Shown here piece by piece: positions 49,871 to 59,700 of a stretch of DNA of 64,000 nt (within the stretch, counting starts at the first letter, position 1; each line of letters starts with the position of its first letter). Location: the NCBI GenBank assembly GCA_965203095.1, contig OZ241877.1, positions 704,001 to 768,000 on the forward strand, in the 5' to 3' direction. The stretch comes from Bdellovibrionales bacterium. Its GTDB lineage: Bacteria; Bdellovibrionota; Bdellovibrionia; Bdellovibrionales; UBA1609. Both the position numbers and the translations under genes were made by a program. The notes under the pieces are model-generated. The model did not search any database, was not told the DNA's origin, and was given only the letters and a program-made list of their open reading frames with translations.

Positions 49871-52800
49871 ATGGGCATAACATGTCAAAAACAGAAAAAA
49901 ATGAGAAAGGATGAAATTTTGAAATCAAAAAACAAGACCAATATTCAGCCACTTCGCCCGGATAACCTATTTTCCTGTTGGACAAAAAAATACTCTTTAA
50001 GCAAAACCTTAAGGTTTGAACTTAAACCAGTTGAACAAACCAAGCCTTTTTTACAAGAATTTATAAAATCAGATACAAAAAGAGATAAAGACTACAAAAA
50101 TCTTAAAAAAATCATTGATGAATACCATAAAGCTCATATCCAAGAGGCACTTTCACAGAAGGATATTTTATCTGTTCCAGATTTGGAAAATTTGAGCAAG
50201 CATATTAAAAATTCAAAAACCAACAAAACCAGTCATTCCCTCCGACTCAGTCATTCCCGCGAAAGCAGGAATCCACCTCTAAAAAAGAAAACAAAAATCC
50301 TTTTAAGAGATATACAAACTAAATTGAGAAAGCGGATTAAAGATCATTTTACCAAAGCACAGGCAGAATTGAGAAAGCAGTTTGAAAAAACAGGCAAAAA
50401 ATCTACAAAAAGCTCTTTATTTGAAAAAGAACTGCTTACAGAAATTCTCCCTAACTGGTTAAACAAAATCTCTTGGGAAGAGGCTCAACATAAAGAGGAG
50501 TTTAAAAACAAAGAGGCTTTTGAAAACTGGAAAAAGGAATCTTTAAAAATAGTTAAAACATTTGATAAATTCACAACTTATTTAACAGGTTTTCACGAAA
50601 ACCGGAAAAATATTTATAGCGATAAAGAGCAATCCACAGCCATTTCCCACAGAATCATCCATGAAAACTTTCCTCGATTTTTATCCAACAGGGAAACTTA
50701 TAAAAAAATCAAAAACAAATACTCCGATTTGAAAACCAAATTAGAACCAGTAAAAACCGATCTCAAAGAGGAGTTTTCTGTTTTAGGAGTTAAAAATATA
50801 GAAGAGCTTTTTGAAATAAAACTTTTTAACAAGCTTCTTTCTCAAAAAGGGATTGATAGCTATAACTATATCATCGGCGGGAAACAGAAAGAAGGCCCAA
50901 GCAATAAAATCCAGGGCATCAATGAGAAAATCAACCTTTATCGCCAACAAAAAAACTCAGCCAGCTCAAACAATCAAGATATAAAAACAAAGCTCAGTAA
51001 TAAAAACTTGCCTCTTATGCAGGTTTTACATAAACAGATTTTAAGCGATAAGCAAAGCCACTCTTTTTATGATCGGGAAGAATTTAAAAATAGAGAAGAG
51101 GTTTTATCCGCCCTTGATGAATTTTGGCAAAGCCTATCAAAGACAGATAAAGACGCAAAGGCAACTGTTTTAGAAAAATTAAAAATCCTATTTACTAAAC
51201 AATTATCCAATAGTTTATTAGATGGAATCTATTTTAAAAACAGTGCTTTAGAGAAACTGTCTCATAAATATTTTGAGGATTATAGACTTATCAACTCTTC
51301 TCTCAATCATTATGCAGAAAATCAATATATAAGAAAAGAGGAAGACTTTAAAACCAAAAAAGAAAAAGAGAAATGGTTAAAAAAAGATTTTTTTAATTTT
51401 GAAGAGATACATTCAGCTTTGCTCTCTTATTCTAAAGAAAACGAAGACTTATCAAATAACTTGAAAAAAAACCAAAACATTTTGCTCGCTTATTTGTATT
51501 CTCAATTCAATAACAAGCTCTATAATAAAGAAAAAGAAGATTTGCTTTCCCACATAAAAAATCTTTATCAAAAAGTTGAAAAAATACCTCATTCTTTGCC
51601 AAAGCCATTTAATAAGGATGAAATAAAAACTATTCATGAGTTTTTGCATGCATTTATGGGGCTTTTTCATTTAGTAAAGCCAGTGCATTTAAACAGAGAA
51701 GATTTAGATAAAGACACCTATTTTTATAATGAGTTTGAAGTGCTTTATGAAAAGCTTTTGCCAATAAATAAGATCTATGACAAAATCAGAAATTACATTA
51801 CAAAAAACAAAAAGCATTTAGAAAAAATTAAACTCAATTTTGAGAACAGCCAATTAGCTGATGGTTGGGATGTCAATAAAGAGACAGACTATTTATCTAT
51901 TATTTTGCGTAAAAAAGAAAAAGGCCAATGGATTTACTATCTTGGAGTAATGAATCAGCAAAATAGAAAACTTTTTGATTATCATTTAAACTTTAATGAT
52001 CATAAAAAAGAAAAAATCAAAATCCAAAAGCAAGCACTAAGAAGTAAGCTGTTGGCTGAAGGGAATGAAACAAACTATTATGAAAAAATGAATTATAAGC
52101 AAATAGCGAAAGCTTCTAAAGATATACATACTTTGATCAGAATAAACGGTCAAGTTTATCGGAAAACAAAACATTTGGACGAACTAAAACAACAGAATTT
52201 TCCTCCTGAAATATGGAAAATTAAAAAGAATAATTCTTACAAAAAAGGTGAAAAATTTAGTAAGAAAGATTTAATTCATTTTATAAATTATTATAAAGAT
52301 ATAGCTAAGAATTATTGGAAAAGTTTTAATTTGTCACTCAATCCAGCTGAGAAATATGAAAGCTTTGAACATTTTACTGATGATATAGCTTCCCAAGGCT
52401 ATAAACTATCGTTTGATAAAATCAAATCCAATTATATTGAGGAAAAAGTAAAACAAGGCGAGCTTTATCTATTTCAAATTCACAGTAAGGATTTTTCACC
52501 CAATAGCAAAGGTAGGCCCAATCTTCATACCAGTTATTTTAAGCTTTTATTTGAGGAGGAAAATCTAAAAAACACTATATTTAAATTGAATGGACAGGCA
52601 GAAGTTTTTTATAGAAAAGCCTCTAAGGGAAAGACTGTCACTCATCATAAAAATCAATCTATAAAAAATAAAAACCCTCTCAATTCTAAAAAAAATAGCA
52701 CATTCAAATATGATCTGATAAAAGACAAAAGATTTACTGCGGATAAATTTTTCTTCCATACCCCTATTACTCTTAATTTTAAAGAGAAAGAGAAACCAAG

Positions 52801-54079
52801 TCAATTATTCAATCAAGAAGTTCTTAAATTTTTAAAAAGCAATAAAAACATCAATATTATAGGGATAGACCGAGGGGAAAGGCATTTGGCTTATTGGACC
52901 TTACTCAATCAAAAAGGAGATATATTAAAACAAGGGAGTTTTAATCAAATCACCACGAGTTATAAAAACAAAAAGGGTCAGGAGGTTAAAGTCCAAACAC
53001 CATACCATAGCCTGCTGGAAAATCGAGAAAAAGAAAGAGATAAAGCTCGTAAAACATGGGGCAAAATTGAAAGCATTAAAGAGCTAAAGTCTGGACTTCT
53101 CTCTCATCTTGTCCATCAAATAGCTAAGCTTATGGTAGAGCATAATGCCATAGTGGTTTTTGAAGATCTAAACAGTGGCTTTAAAAGGGGCAGAATGAAG
53201 TTCGAAAAACAAATCTATCAAAAGTTAGAAAAAGCTCTTATAGATAAATTAAATTATTTGGTTTTTAAGGATAAAAAACAAGCTGGCAGTTTTTTAAATG
53301 CCTATCAACTCACAGCTCCTTTTGAGAGTTTTCAAAAATTAGGTAAACAAACCGGATTTATTTTTTATACTCCAGCTTATTATACCTCTAAAGTTTGCCC
53401 TCTCACTGGTTTTGTCAATTTAATTTATCCTCGATATGAAAATGTTAAAAAATCTCAAGATTTTTTTAAAAATTTTGAAAAAATATATTTTGATAGTAAA
53501 GCCAAATATTTTGTGTTTGAGTATTATGATGGGAAAGTCAACCCTCAGAAAAAATCAGAATCCAACTCTTTCTGGAAGGTCTGTTCCTATGGTGAAGAAA
53601 GATATAAATATGATCGCAAAAATAAAATCCATAAAAAAATAAATGTGACTCAAAAGCTAAAGAGTTTGTTTGAAAAATATAAAGTCCCTTATAAAGAAGG
53701 AAAAAACTTAATAGAGGATATATGCAAACAAGATAAAAAAGATTTCTGGCAAAAATTCATAGATCTCTTCAGGCTCATTATTCAGTTAAGGCAGATTAAT
53801 CCTAATGCTAAAAATGAAAACGAAAGAGATTATATCCTCTCCCCTGTGACGGATAAAAATGGCCGATTTTTTGATTCCCGAAAAGCTAAAAACTGTGAAC
53901 CAAAAAATGCAGACGCCAACGGTGCTTATCATATAGGCTTAAAAGGAAAAATGATATTAGATAAAATCAACCAATGGGATGAGACCACAAAAAAAGATCC
54001 CGATTTGATAATTAAAAATAAGGACTGGTTTGAATTTATCCGTAAAAAAACCCAAGCCAAACCTAAAAAATCTGCTTGA
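49871..54079 (+). CDS. cas12a: Type V-A CRISPR effector Cas12a (Cpf1)
   Basis: KYSLSKTLRFELKP, FTTYLTGFHENRKN, GINEKIN, GWDVNKE, LYLFQI..KDFS..PNLHT, RuvC-I IIGIDRGERHL, RuvC-II VFEDLN, RuvC-III NADANGAYHIGLKG. Confidence 0.97.
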   Translation: MGITCQKQKKMRKDEILKSKNKTNIQPLRPDNLFSCWTKKYSLSKTLRFELKPVEQTKPFLQEFIKSDTKRDKDYKNLKKIIDEYHKAHIQEALSQKDILSVPDLENLSKHIKNSKTNKTSHSLRLSHSRESRNPPLKKKTKILLRDIQTKLRKRIKDHFTKAQAELRKQFEKTGKKSTKSSLFEKELLTEILPNWLNKISWEEAQHKEEFKNKEAFENWKKESLKIVKTFDKFTTYLTGFHENRKNIYSDKEQSTAISHRIIHENFPRFLSNRETYKKIKNKYSDLKTKLEPVKTDLKEEFSVLGVKNIEELFEIKLFNKLLSQKGIDSYNYIIGGKQKEGPSNKIQGINEKINLYRQQKNSASSNNQDIKTKLSNKNLPLMQVLHKQILSDKQSHSFYDREEFKNREEVLSALDEFWQSLSKTDKDAKATVLEKLKILFTKQLSNSLLDGIYFKNSALEKLSHKYFEDYRLINSSLNHYAENQYIRKEEDFKTKKEKEKWLKKDFFNFEEIHSALLSYSKENEDLSNNLKKNQNILLAYLYSQFNNKLYNKEKEDLLSHIKNLYQKVEKIPHSLPKPFNKDEIKTIHEFLHAFMGLFHLVKPVHLNREDLDKDTYFYNEFEVLYEKLLPINKIYDKIRNYITKNKKHLEKIKLNFENSQLADGWDVNKETDYLSIILRKKEKGQWIYYLGVMNQQNRKLFDYHLNFNDHKKEKIKIQKQALRSKLLAEGNETNYYEKMNYKQIAKASKDIHTLIRINGQVYRKTKHLDELKQQNFPPEIWKIKKNNSYKKGEKFSKKDLIHFINYYKDIAKNYWKSFNLSLNPAEKYESFEHFTDDIASQGYKLSFDKIKSNYIEEKVKQGELYLFQIHSKDFSPNSKGRPNLHTSYFKLLFEEENLKNTIFKLNGQAEVFYRKASKGKTVTHHKNQSIKNKNPLNSKKNSTFKYDLIKDKRFTADKFFFHTPITLNFKEKEKPSQLFNQEVLKFLKSNKNINIIGIDRGERHLAYWTLLNQKGDILKQGSFNQITTSYKNKKGQEVKVQTPYHSLLENREKERDKARKTWGKIESIKELKSGLLSHLVHQIAKLMVEHNAIVVFEDLNSGFKRGRMKFEKQIYQKLEKALIDKLNYLVFKDKKQAGSFLNAYQLTAPFESFQKLGKQTGFIFYTPAYYTSKVCPLTGFVNLIYPRYENVKKSQDFFKNFEKIYFDSKAKYFVFEYYDGKVNPQKKSESNSFWKVCSYGEERYKYDRKNKIHKKINVTQKLKSLFEKYKVPYKEGKNLIEDICKQDKKDFWQKFIDLFRLIIQLRQINPNAKNENERDYILSPVTDKNGRFFDSRKAKNCEPKNADANGAYHIGLKGKMILDKINQWDETTKKDPDLIIKNKDWFEFIRKKTQAKPKKSA

Positions 54080-54110
54080 CCAGAAAGAAAAATGAAGTAA
54101 AGCTTATAGA

Positions 54111-57100
54111 ATGAATCAAAATAACATCAAATTTAAAGACAATCCCTTTCAATACACAAGAGGGGTTTGTTTTCGGGCTGAACCTCAAAAGCAAAGCTAT
54201 CTATTTAAACAAAAAAGCAAGCTTAAAGATAGCAAAGTCAATTTGCTTGAATTATCAACAGAACTTTTAGATTTCTATAAAAAGCTGAAAAAGCTTTTAT
54301 TTTATCCTGAGCGGGAAGCAGGAGGTCGCTCCCTCTCTCTTTCTAAGAAATCCAATCAAGCTATTAAGCCTCAAACCTTTAGAGAAAAAGACTATGGAAA
54401 CTCAAATAAGCAAAGCCTGCCCTTTCAAAAAAGTCTTTCTATAAACAAATCATGGCTTAAAACTTGGCATAAAAATATTTTTCATCTCTGGATTAAAGAT
54501 TCAAATAATAAGCAAGGGAAATATGCTCTCAATTCAGAGATTTATGAAATATCATTCCATTTAAGAAAATGGCTGGAAAACTGGCAAGAAAAAAGTGTTG
54601 AGCTTAAAAGTTTTTTCGAGCGATCTCAAAATCAAAAAGTTCGGGATAGTGAGATAGCTGAAACTATTAGATTTTTTTTAAACAGGTCCCAATGGGATTA
54701 TATTTATCAGTTTTTAACAGAACTGAGCACGAAAGAGGTTTTTCAAGATGAACAAATCAAATTTTTAAATGATAATTTAAAAGCCCTTCGCGAAAATTTA
54801 AAAATTGCAGAGCAAACTTACTCTTCCTCTCAGTCTTCTGGTATTGAGATAACTAAAGCCAGTTTTAACTATTACACTCTTAACAAGAAACCAAAAGAGT
54901 ATTATGAAGATAAAATAAAAAAAGCTAAAAACCTTCTTTATGGCTTTGATTGTTCTTCCCGTGAAACAGGTCTTTCCCGCGAAACAAGTCCTTCCCGTGC
55001 AAACGGGAATCCAAAAAACTCAAGTAATGACAAGTATGTTATGAGGCAAAACCAAACTCAATCAGAAAAAAACGAGCCAGTTGTGGGAATCTCAGCTTTT
55101 TCCATAATCAAAAAATCTAAAAACAATATGTCTTATAAGTGGGAGCACAATCTAAGAACCAAACAAGAGATTTTTTGTTTTAAAAGTGAACAAGAAAAGC
55201 TATGGATTGAAAGAGTCTGTAAAATTTGTTTTAGAAACAGAGCGAATAGTGAAAAAGAATGGAACAAAAGATATTGCCCTCAATGTGAAAAAACTGAACC
55301 TAACAGAAAAGCTTTAGCTAAAGCAGAAAATAAAAATGAAGTTTATCTCTCTTTAGATCAAAGCTATACGGTCATGAAGGCTTTTAAGGCAGAGCAAAAA
55401 TCTCTTTTTTATGAAGTGATTGCACATATTGCAAGCAAAAAAAGCCAAAGCTATGAAGTTAAAAACAACAATCATATCCTAAAAGGCTGGGGTATGCCTT
55501 ATAGTCAAATGAATTTTAAAGGCATAAACAACACTTTTTCGCTGTTTCAATTTGAAGATAAAAAATTTAAGAAGAATAAAAAACCTCAATACACATTAGA
55601 TAAAATGCTTTCCCAGTATAAAGATAATCAAAATAAAACTACAGCTGAAAAATGTTATTCAGCTTTTATTGAACTTTCCAAACAAATTCAATATATGGCA
55701 AATAGAAAAAACCAAAAATTACAAATCCAGCACCCTAAACATAAATTTCTTTCCAGCAGAAATAAAAGCTTTAAAAGCCAACCCAGGTTCTATAATATGA
55801 AGTCTGGGCAAAATACCAAAAAAAGCAGAGGTGATTTTCTTTTTGGCAAACAAGCTTATTTTAAAGGTTATGGTCATTTTTGCGAAAAATATAAAAATAT
55901 AGCACAAAAGCGGGGCCAGTTTATTGCTCAAATTAAAGGGGTTGAGAGAGAAAAACAAGAATCCCAACAAACTGATTTTTGGAGTTTTATTTACTGTGAG
56001 AAAGACAAAAAACAGCTTTGGCTTGTTCCAAAAGAGCTTAGGCAAAAAGCGAGAGAATTTATTTATGATTCTCAAAAAGAAACTTCAAACAGCCAGCTTT
56101 ATCTTTGTTGTTTTGAATCCTTAAGCTTCCGTGCTTTACATAAGCTTTGTTTTGCGGAGCAAAGTTCTTTTGTTGAGGAAATGCCTGATGATTTAAAAAA
56201 TTTGCAAAAAGAAGTTAAAAAATTTCCAACAAAAGGTGACAAACTAAAATTAAAAGAAAAAAATTTAAAAACTCTTAAGTTTTTAAAAGAAGTTTTAAAT
56301 TCTGATTATACCAATGAAAAATTAAAATTAGATCAATCATTCCCACTTAGTTTTTCGGATTGCCCCCGGCAAGCCGAAATCCCGCGAAAGCGGGAATCCA
56401 AAAAAATAGATCAAAAAAACTCTAACTGGATTAAAAATAACCTCTATTGGATTGATGAGTCTGAAAGTTTAGAAGAGTTTGAAAAATCTTTGGAAGAGGC
56501 TTGTTATCATATAAAGACAATAACTTTTACAGAAGAGGAAAAACAGAGATTTCTTAAAAATTTTGATGTCACTGTATTAGATATTAGCTCTTACGATTTG
56601 AAGGGCCGGAACAAAAACACATACCAGAGTCCTGAAAGCCCGGACAGGCTACATACCTATTGGTGGAAGGCTTTTTGGAGTAAAAGTTTCCCCTCCAGTA
56701 AAAATCAAAATGATAGAGGGGGGAAAGCTAATAACTCTCTCTTTGAGAATATTCGCCTCAATCCAGAAGTAAAAATCCGATACAGGAAAGCAGATGAGCA
56801 TTTAAAGGAATATTTTACCAAAAAACAATTCCCCAATTCTTTTAAAAATCGCAGATTAAAAGAGCAATGGACAATTCACTTTACTTTAGCCCTTAATGCT
56901 GGCAAAAAATATGATGATCTGGCATTTTCTAAACCAGAAGAGATTTTAGAAAAAATCAAAAGTTTTAATAAAAAACTAAATGAAGAGATGGATTTTAAAA
57001 GCTCTTGGAAATACGGCATCGATCGCGGGCAAAAAGAGCTTGCAACTTTATGCCTTGCCCAATTTAATCCTGAAGACACTTATACAGTGGGAGAGAAAAC

Positions 57101-58421
57101 TATCCCTAAGCCTAAATTTCCCAATGCTGAAAAAGATATAAAATGTTGGACATTGCAAGATTATAGTTATTTAAAAGAATACAAAACAGTTAAAGGGGAA
57201 GAAAAAAAATGCTATGCAGTTAAAAATCCATCTTATTTTATGGAGGAAAAATATCTTAATGACAGAACTGTTTTTAAACAAGAGAGCATTTCTTGCTTGG
57301 ATCTCACTACAGCTAAAGTCATTAAAGGAAGAATTATTACCAATGGGGATGTGCTGACTTACCTTAAACTCAAAAAAATTGTGGCTAAGCGAGAGCTTTA
57401 TAAACTTTACTATGATGGAAAAATAAAACCTTCAATTAAATTAGAATGGAGCCAGTGGGAAAATGGCGATATAAATAACTCTGAAAGAAAAAGACCAGAG
57501 GGGGTTTTAAACATCAAAACCTCTGATGGTGAAAAAACAATTTACTGGTATCGTAAAGAATATGAGAATATTCCTCTCCAAATCGATGAACAAGGCAATA
57601 TACAAATTACCTACAATAAAAGCAGTATTCAAAACAGTTTAAATAACTATCTTCAACAACTAAAACAAGAAAACAATACTCACACCCCCACAATTTTAGA
57701 AGTCAATCACTTACGGGACGCCATCACTGCTAATATGGTAGGGGTGATTTGTCACTTACAGAAAAAATATCCAGGGTTTATTATTCTTGAGGATCTAAAA
57801 AAACATGACATTGATAAACATTTTTTCCAAAGCAATGAGAACATTGCCAGAAGACTGGAATATGCTCTTTACAACAAGTTTCAAACTTTGAGCTTAGTCC
57901 CTCCTCATGTAAAGGATATTATCCGTTTAAGAGAAGAAAATAAAAAATCCCAAGACAACAAAAATAAACAAAAAGATAAAAAATCAAAAGGGAAACATAA
58001 AAACTCAAATAACATTATGGCTGATCAATTAAAGTCTTTTGGATCAGTTCATCCTTCTAAACAGGATACAGGTAAATTCTCTTCAGAATTAAACCTCTCA
58101 CAGGTTGGAGCTATTGTTTTTGTTCCTGAAGAAGACACCAGCAAGACTTGTCCTTATTGTGAGAAAAAGAAAGAGGCAGAAAAGAAACAAATTAATGATG
58201 AAAAATATAGGCAACATCGTTTCCTTTGTGATAGAGATTCTTGTGGTTTTGATACCTATTTTTTTAAACTGGAGGAAGAAAGAGCAGAAGGCCACACACC
58301 TTTAGTAAATGAGAGCAAGAGAAAAAACGAGTTTGAGTTATTTAAAGACATCAAGGATAACGACAAAGTCGCAGGTTATAATATTGCTAAAAAAGATCTG
58401 GCAAATTCAAATAAGGTATAA
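54111..58421 (+). CDS. cas12a2: Second type V effector: Cas12a2/Cms1-family nuclease (Smithella-type, Cas12a3-like), 1436 aa
   Basis: YTRGVCFRAEP (WED), SQSSGIEITKASFNYYTLNKK, FESLSFRALHKLCF, RLNPEV, RuvC-I YGIDRGQKELATL, DLTTAKVIKG..NGD, ANMVGVI, RuvC-II ILEDL, Zn ribbon TSKTCPYC..CDRDSCGF, RuvC-III DNDKVAGYNIAK. Confidence 0.88.
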   Translation: MNQNNIKFKDNPFQYTRGVCFRAEPQKQSYLFKQKSKLKDSKVNLLELSTELLDFYKKLKKLLFYPEREAGGRSLSLSKKSNQAIKPQTFREKDYGNSNKQSLPFQKSLSINKSWLKTWHKNIFHLWIKDSNNKQGKYALNSEIYEISFHLRKWLENWQEKSVELKSFFERSQNQKVRDSEIAETIRFFLNRSQWDYIYQFLTELSTKEVFQDEQIKFLNDNLKALRENLKIAEQTYSSSQSSGIEITKASFNYYTLNKKPKEYYEDKIKKAKNLLYGFDCSSRETGLSRETSPSRANGNPKNSSNDKYVMRQNQTQSEKNEPVVGISAFSIIKKSKNNMSYKWEHNLRTKQEIFCFKSEQEKLWIERVCKICFRNRANSEKEWNKRYCPQCEKTEPNRKALAKAENKNEVYLSLDQSYTVMKAFKAEQKSLFYEVIAHIASKKSQSYEVKNNNHILKGWGMPYSQMNFKGINNTFSLFQFEDKKFKKNKKPQYTLDKMLSQYKDNQNKTTAEKCYSAFIELSKQIQYMANRKNQKLQIQHPKHKFLSSRNKSFKSQPRFYNMKSGQNTKKSRGDFLFGKQAYFKGYGHFCEKYKNIAQKRGQFIAQIKGVEREKQESQQTDFWSFIYCEKDKKQLWLVPKELRQKAREFIYDSQKETSNSQLYLCCFESLSFRALHKLCFAEQSSFVEEMPDDLKNLQKEVKKFPTKGDKLKLKEKNLKTLKFLKEVLNSDYTNEKLKLDQSFPLSFSDCPRQAEIPRKRESKKIDQKNSNWIKNNLYWIDESESLEEFEKSLEEACYHIKTITFTEEEKQRFLKNFDVTVLDISSYDLKGRNKNTYQSPESPDRLHTYWWKAFWSKSFPSSKNQNDRGGKANNSLFENIRLNPEVKIRYRKADEHLKEYFTKKQFPNSFKNRRLKEQWTIHFTLALNAGKKYDDLAFSKPEEILEKIKSFNKKLNEEMDFKSSWKYGIDRGQKELATLCLAQFNPEDTYTVGEKTIPKPKFPNAEKDIKCWTLQDYSYLKEYKTVKGEEKKCYAVKNPSYFMEEKYLNDRTVFKQESISCLDLTTAKVIKGRIITNGDVLTYLKLKKIVAKRELYKLYYDGKIKPSIKLEWSQWENGDINNSERKRPEGVLNIKTSDGEKTIYWYRKEYENIPLQIDEQGNIQITYNKSSIQNSLNNYLQQLKQENNTHTPTILEVNHLRDAITANMVGVICHLQKKYPGFIILEDLKKHDIDKHFFQSNENIARRLEYALYNKFQTLSLVPPHVKDIIRLREENKKSQDNKNKQKDKKSKGKHKNSNNIMADQLKSFGSVHPSKQDTGKFSSELNLSQVGAIVFVPEEDTSKTCPYCEKKKEAEKKQINDEKYRQHRFLCDRDSCGFDTYFFKLEEERAEGHTPLVNESKRKNEFELFKDIKDNDKVAGYNIAKKDLANSNKV

Positions 58422-58427
58422 AAAGCT

Positions 58428-58637
58428 TTATATAAAATGTTTTAAACTTAATCCTGAATATCTGATAATAGCTCTTAATGTCCCTTTATCTAACTCTTTA
58501 TGATCTGGTATTGTAAGAATTTGATTTGTGGATGAATGTTTCAAAATAATATGACTTCCTTTTTGCCGGCAAAATTTAAACCCATGTTTTTTAAGTATTT
58601 TTATGCAGTCTGCACCGGAAATCCTTGGAAGTTTCAT
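58428..58637 (-). CDS. hicA: HicA-family mRNA interferase toxin
   Basis: LKKHGF..RQKGSH..TIPDH.ELDKGTLRAI. Confidence 0.92.
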   Translation of the reverse strand: MKLPRISGADCIKILKKHGFKFCRQKGSHIILKHSSTNQILTIPDHKELDKGTLRAIIRYSGLSLKHFI

Positions 58638-58843
58638 ATTGCCACGATAATGGATTCCATAGTATCGGCAGGAATTGAGCGTCCCTCCTGCTTTAAAACA
58701 TCAAGATAACCTTGGATGGCCTCGCGAATATTTTGAATAGCCTCTTCTTTAGATTGGCCTTGGCTAATACAGCCGGGCAAACTGGGGCATTCGGCAAGCC
58801 AAAATCCATCTTCGCCGGGTTTTATAATTACCTGCCTCATCAT
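58634..58843 (-). CDS. hicB: HicB-family antitoxin (short, no DNA-binding domain)
   Basis: EDGFWLAECPSLPGCISQGQSKEEAIQNIREAI; ATGA overlap with hicA. Confidence 0.92.
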   Translation of the reverse strand: MMRQVIIKPGEDGFWLAECPSLPGCISQGQSKEEAIQNIREAIQGYLDVLKQEGRSIPADTMESIIVAI

Positions 58844-59118
58844 ACTCTTTTTTATATATTTTTTTGGACCTAAGTCAAATAAAATAATGGTCGTTGTTTT
58901 TCTTACAAATGTTCACTGTTTCTTCACTGACAAAATTGGGTTTAGTTTTTTTATTCAAAACTGGACTAAAGTCCTGATTTTTATTTTTTAAATTCTTAAA
59001 TTATCTGTATTTTTTTGGTTCATTATGATACATTGATCTTACTCCTAAGATTTCATCTCCATTGATAATTTAAAAAAGGTTGATAAGGCTTGTTCTTATT
59101 AACCCTATAAGGTTGGTT

Positions 59119-59697
59119 ATGGAAAGCTATATCTCTATCTCTTTTTTGAATGATTTTATATTTTGCCCTCGGTCTATTTATTTTCACCAAATTTATAAAA
59201 CTTTTGATACTGCCTTTTACCATGAGGATATTCAAACTAAAGGACGGATAGCTCACTTAAATATCGATCAAAAAAAATATTCAACTAAAAAAAATATTTT
59301 GCAGGGTTTACCGGTGTTTTCCTCTAAATATTCTTTATGTGGGAAGATTGATCTTTTTGACACAAAACAAGGATTATTGACAGAGAGAAAAAAGAAAGTA
59401 GCCAAAATATATGATGGATTTATTTTTCAAATATATGCTCAACATTACTGTTTGACAGAAATGGGCTATAATGTCCGGGCACTTCGCATTCACAGTTTAG
59501 ATGATAACAAAAATTACCCCATCCCTTTGCCGGAAGAGAATGCCAAAATGAGTCAAAAGTTTAACTGGCTTTTAGAGCAAATCCACTCTTTTGATTTAGA
59601 AAAAGATTTTTATCCCAATATCAACAAATGTCGGAAATGCATTTATAAAAATTTATGTGATTATTGCCCATTAGAAGTGGTGGGAAAAGGTGATTAA
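59119..59697 (+). CDS. cas4: CRISPR-associated exonuclease Cas4 (type V-A/PREFRAN-like)
   Basis: ISFLNDFIFCPRSIY, GKIDLF..ERK, QIYAQ, C-terminal KCRKCIYKNLC. Confidence 0.95.
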   Translation: MESYISISFLNDFIFCPRSIYFHQIYKTFDTAFYHEDIQTKGRIAHLNIDQKKYSTKKNILQGLPVFSSKYSLCGKIDLFDTKQGLLTERKKKVAKIYDGFIFQIYAQHYCLTEMGYNVRALRIHSLDDNKNYPIPLPEENAKMSQKFNWLLEQIHSFDLEKDFYPNINKCRKCIYKNLCDYCPLEVVGKGD

Positions 59698-59700
59698 AAA

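Noticed and set aside
58844..59118. Possible tracrRNA, scoutRNA or isolated repeat (CreA-like) between hicB and cas4
   Set aside because: No repeat or anti-repeat similarity seen by eye; Cas12a-type systems do not need a tracrRNA
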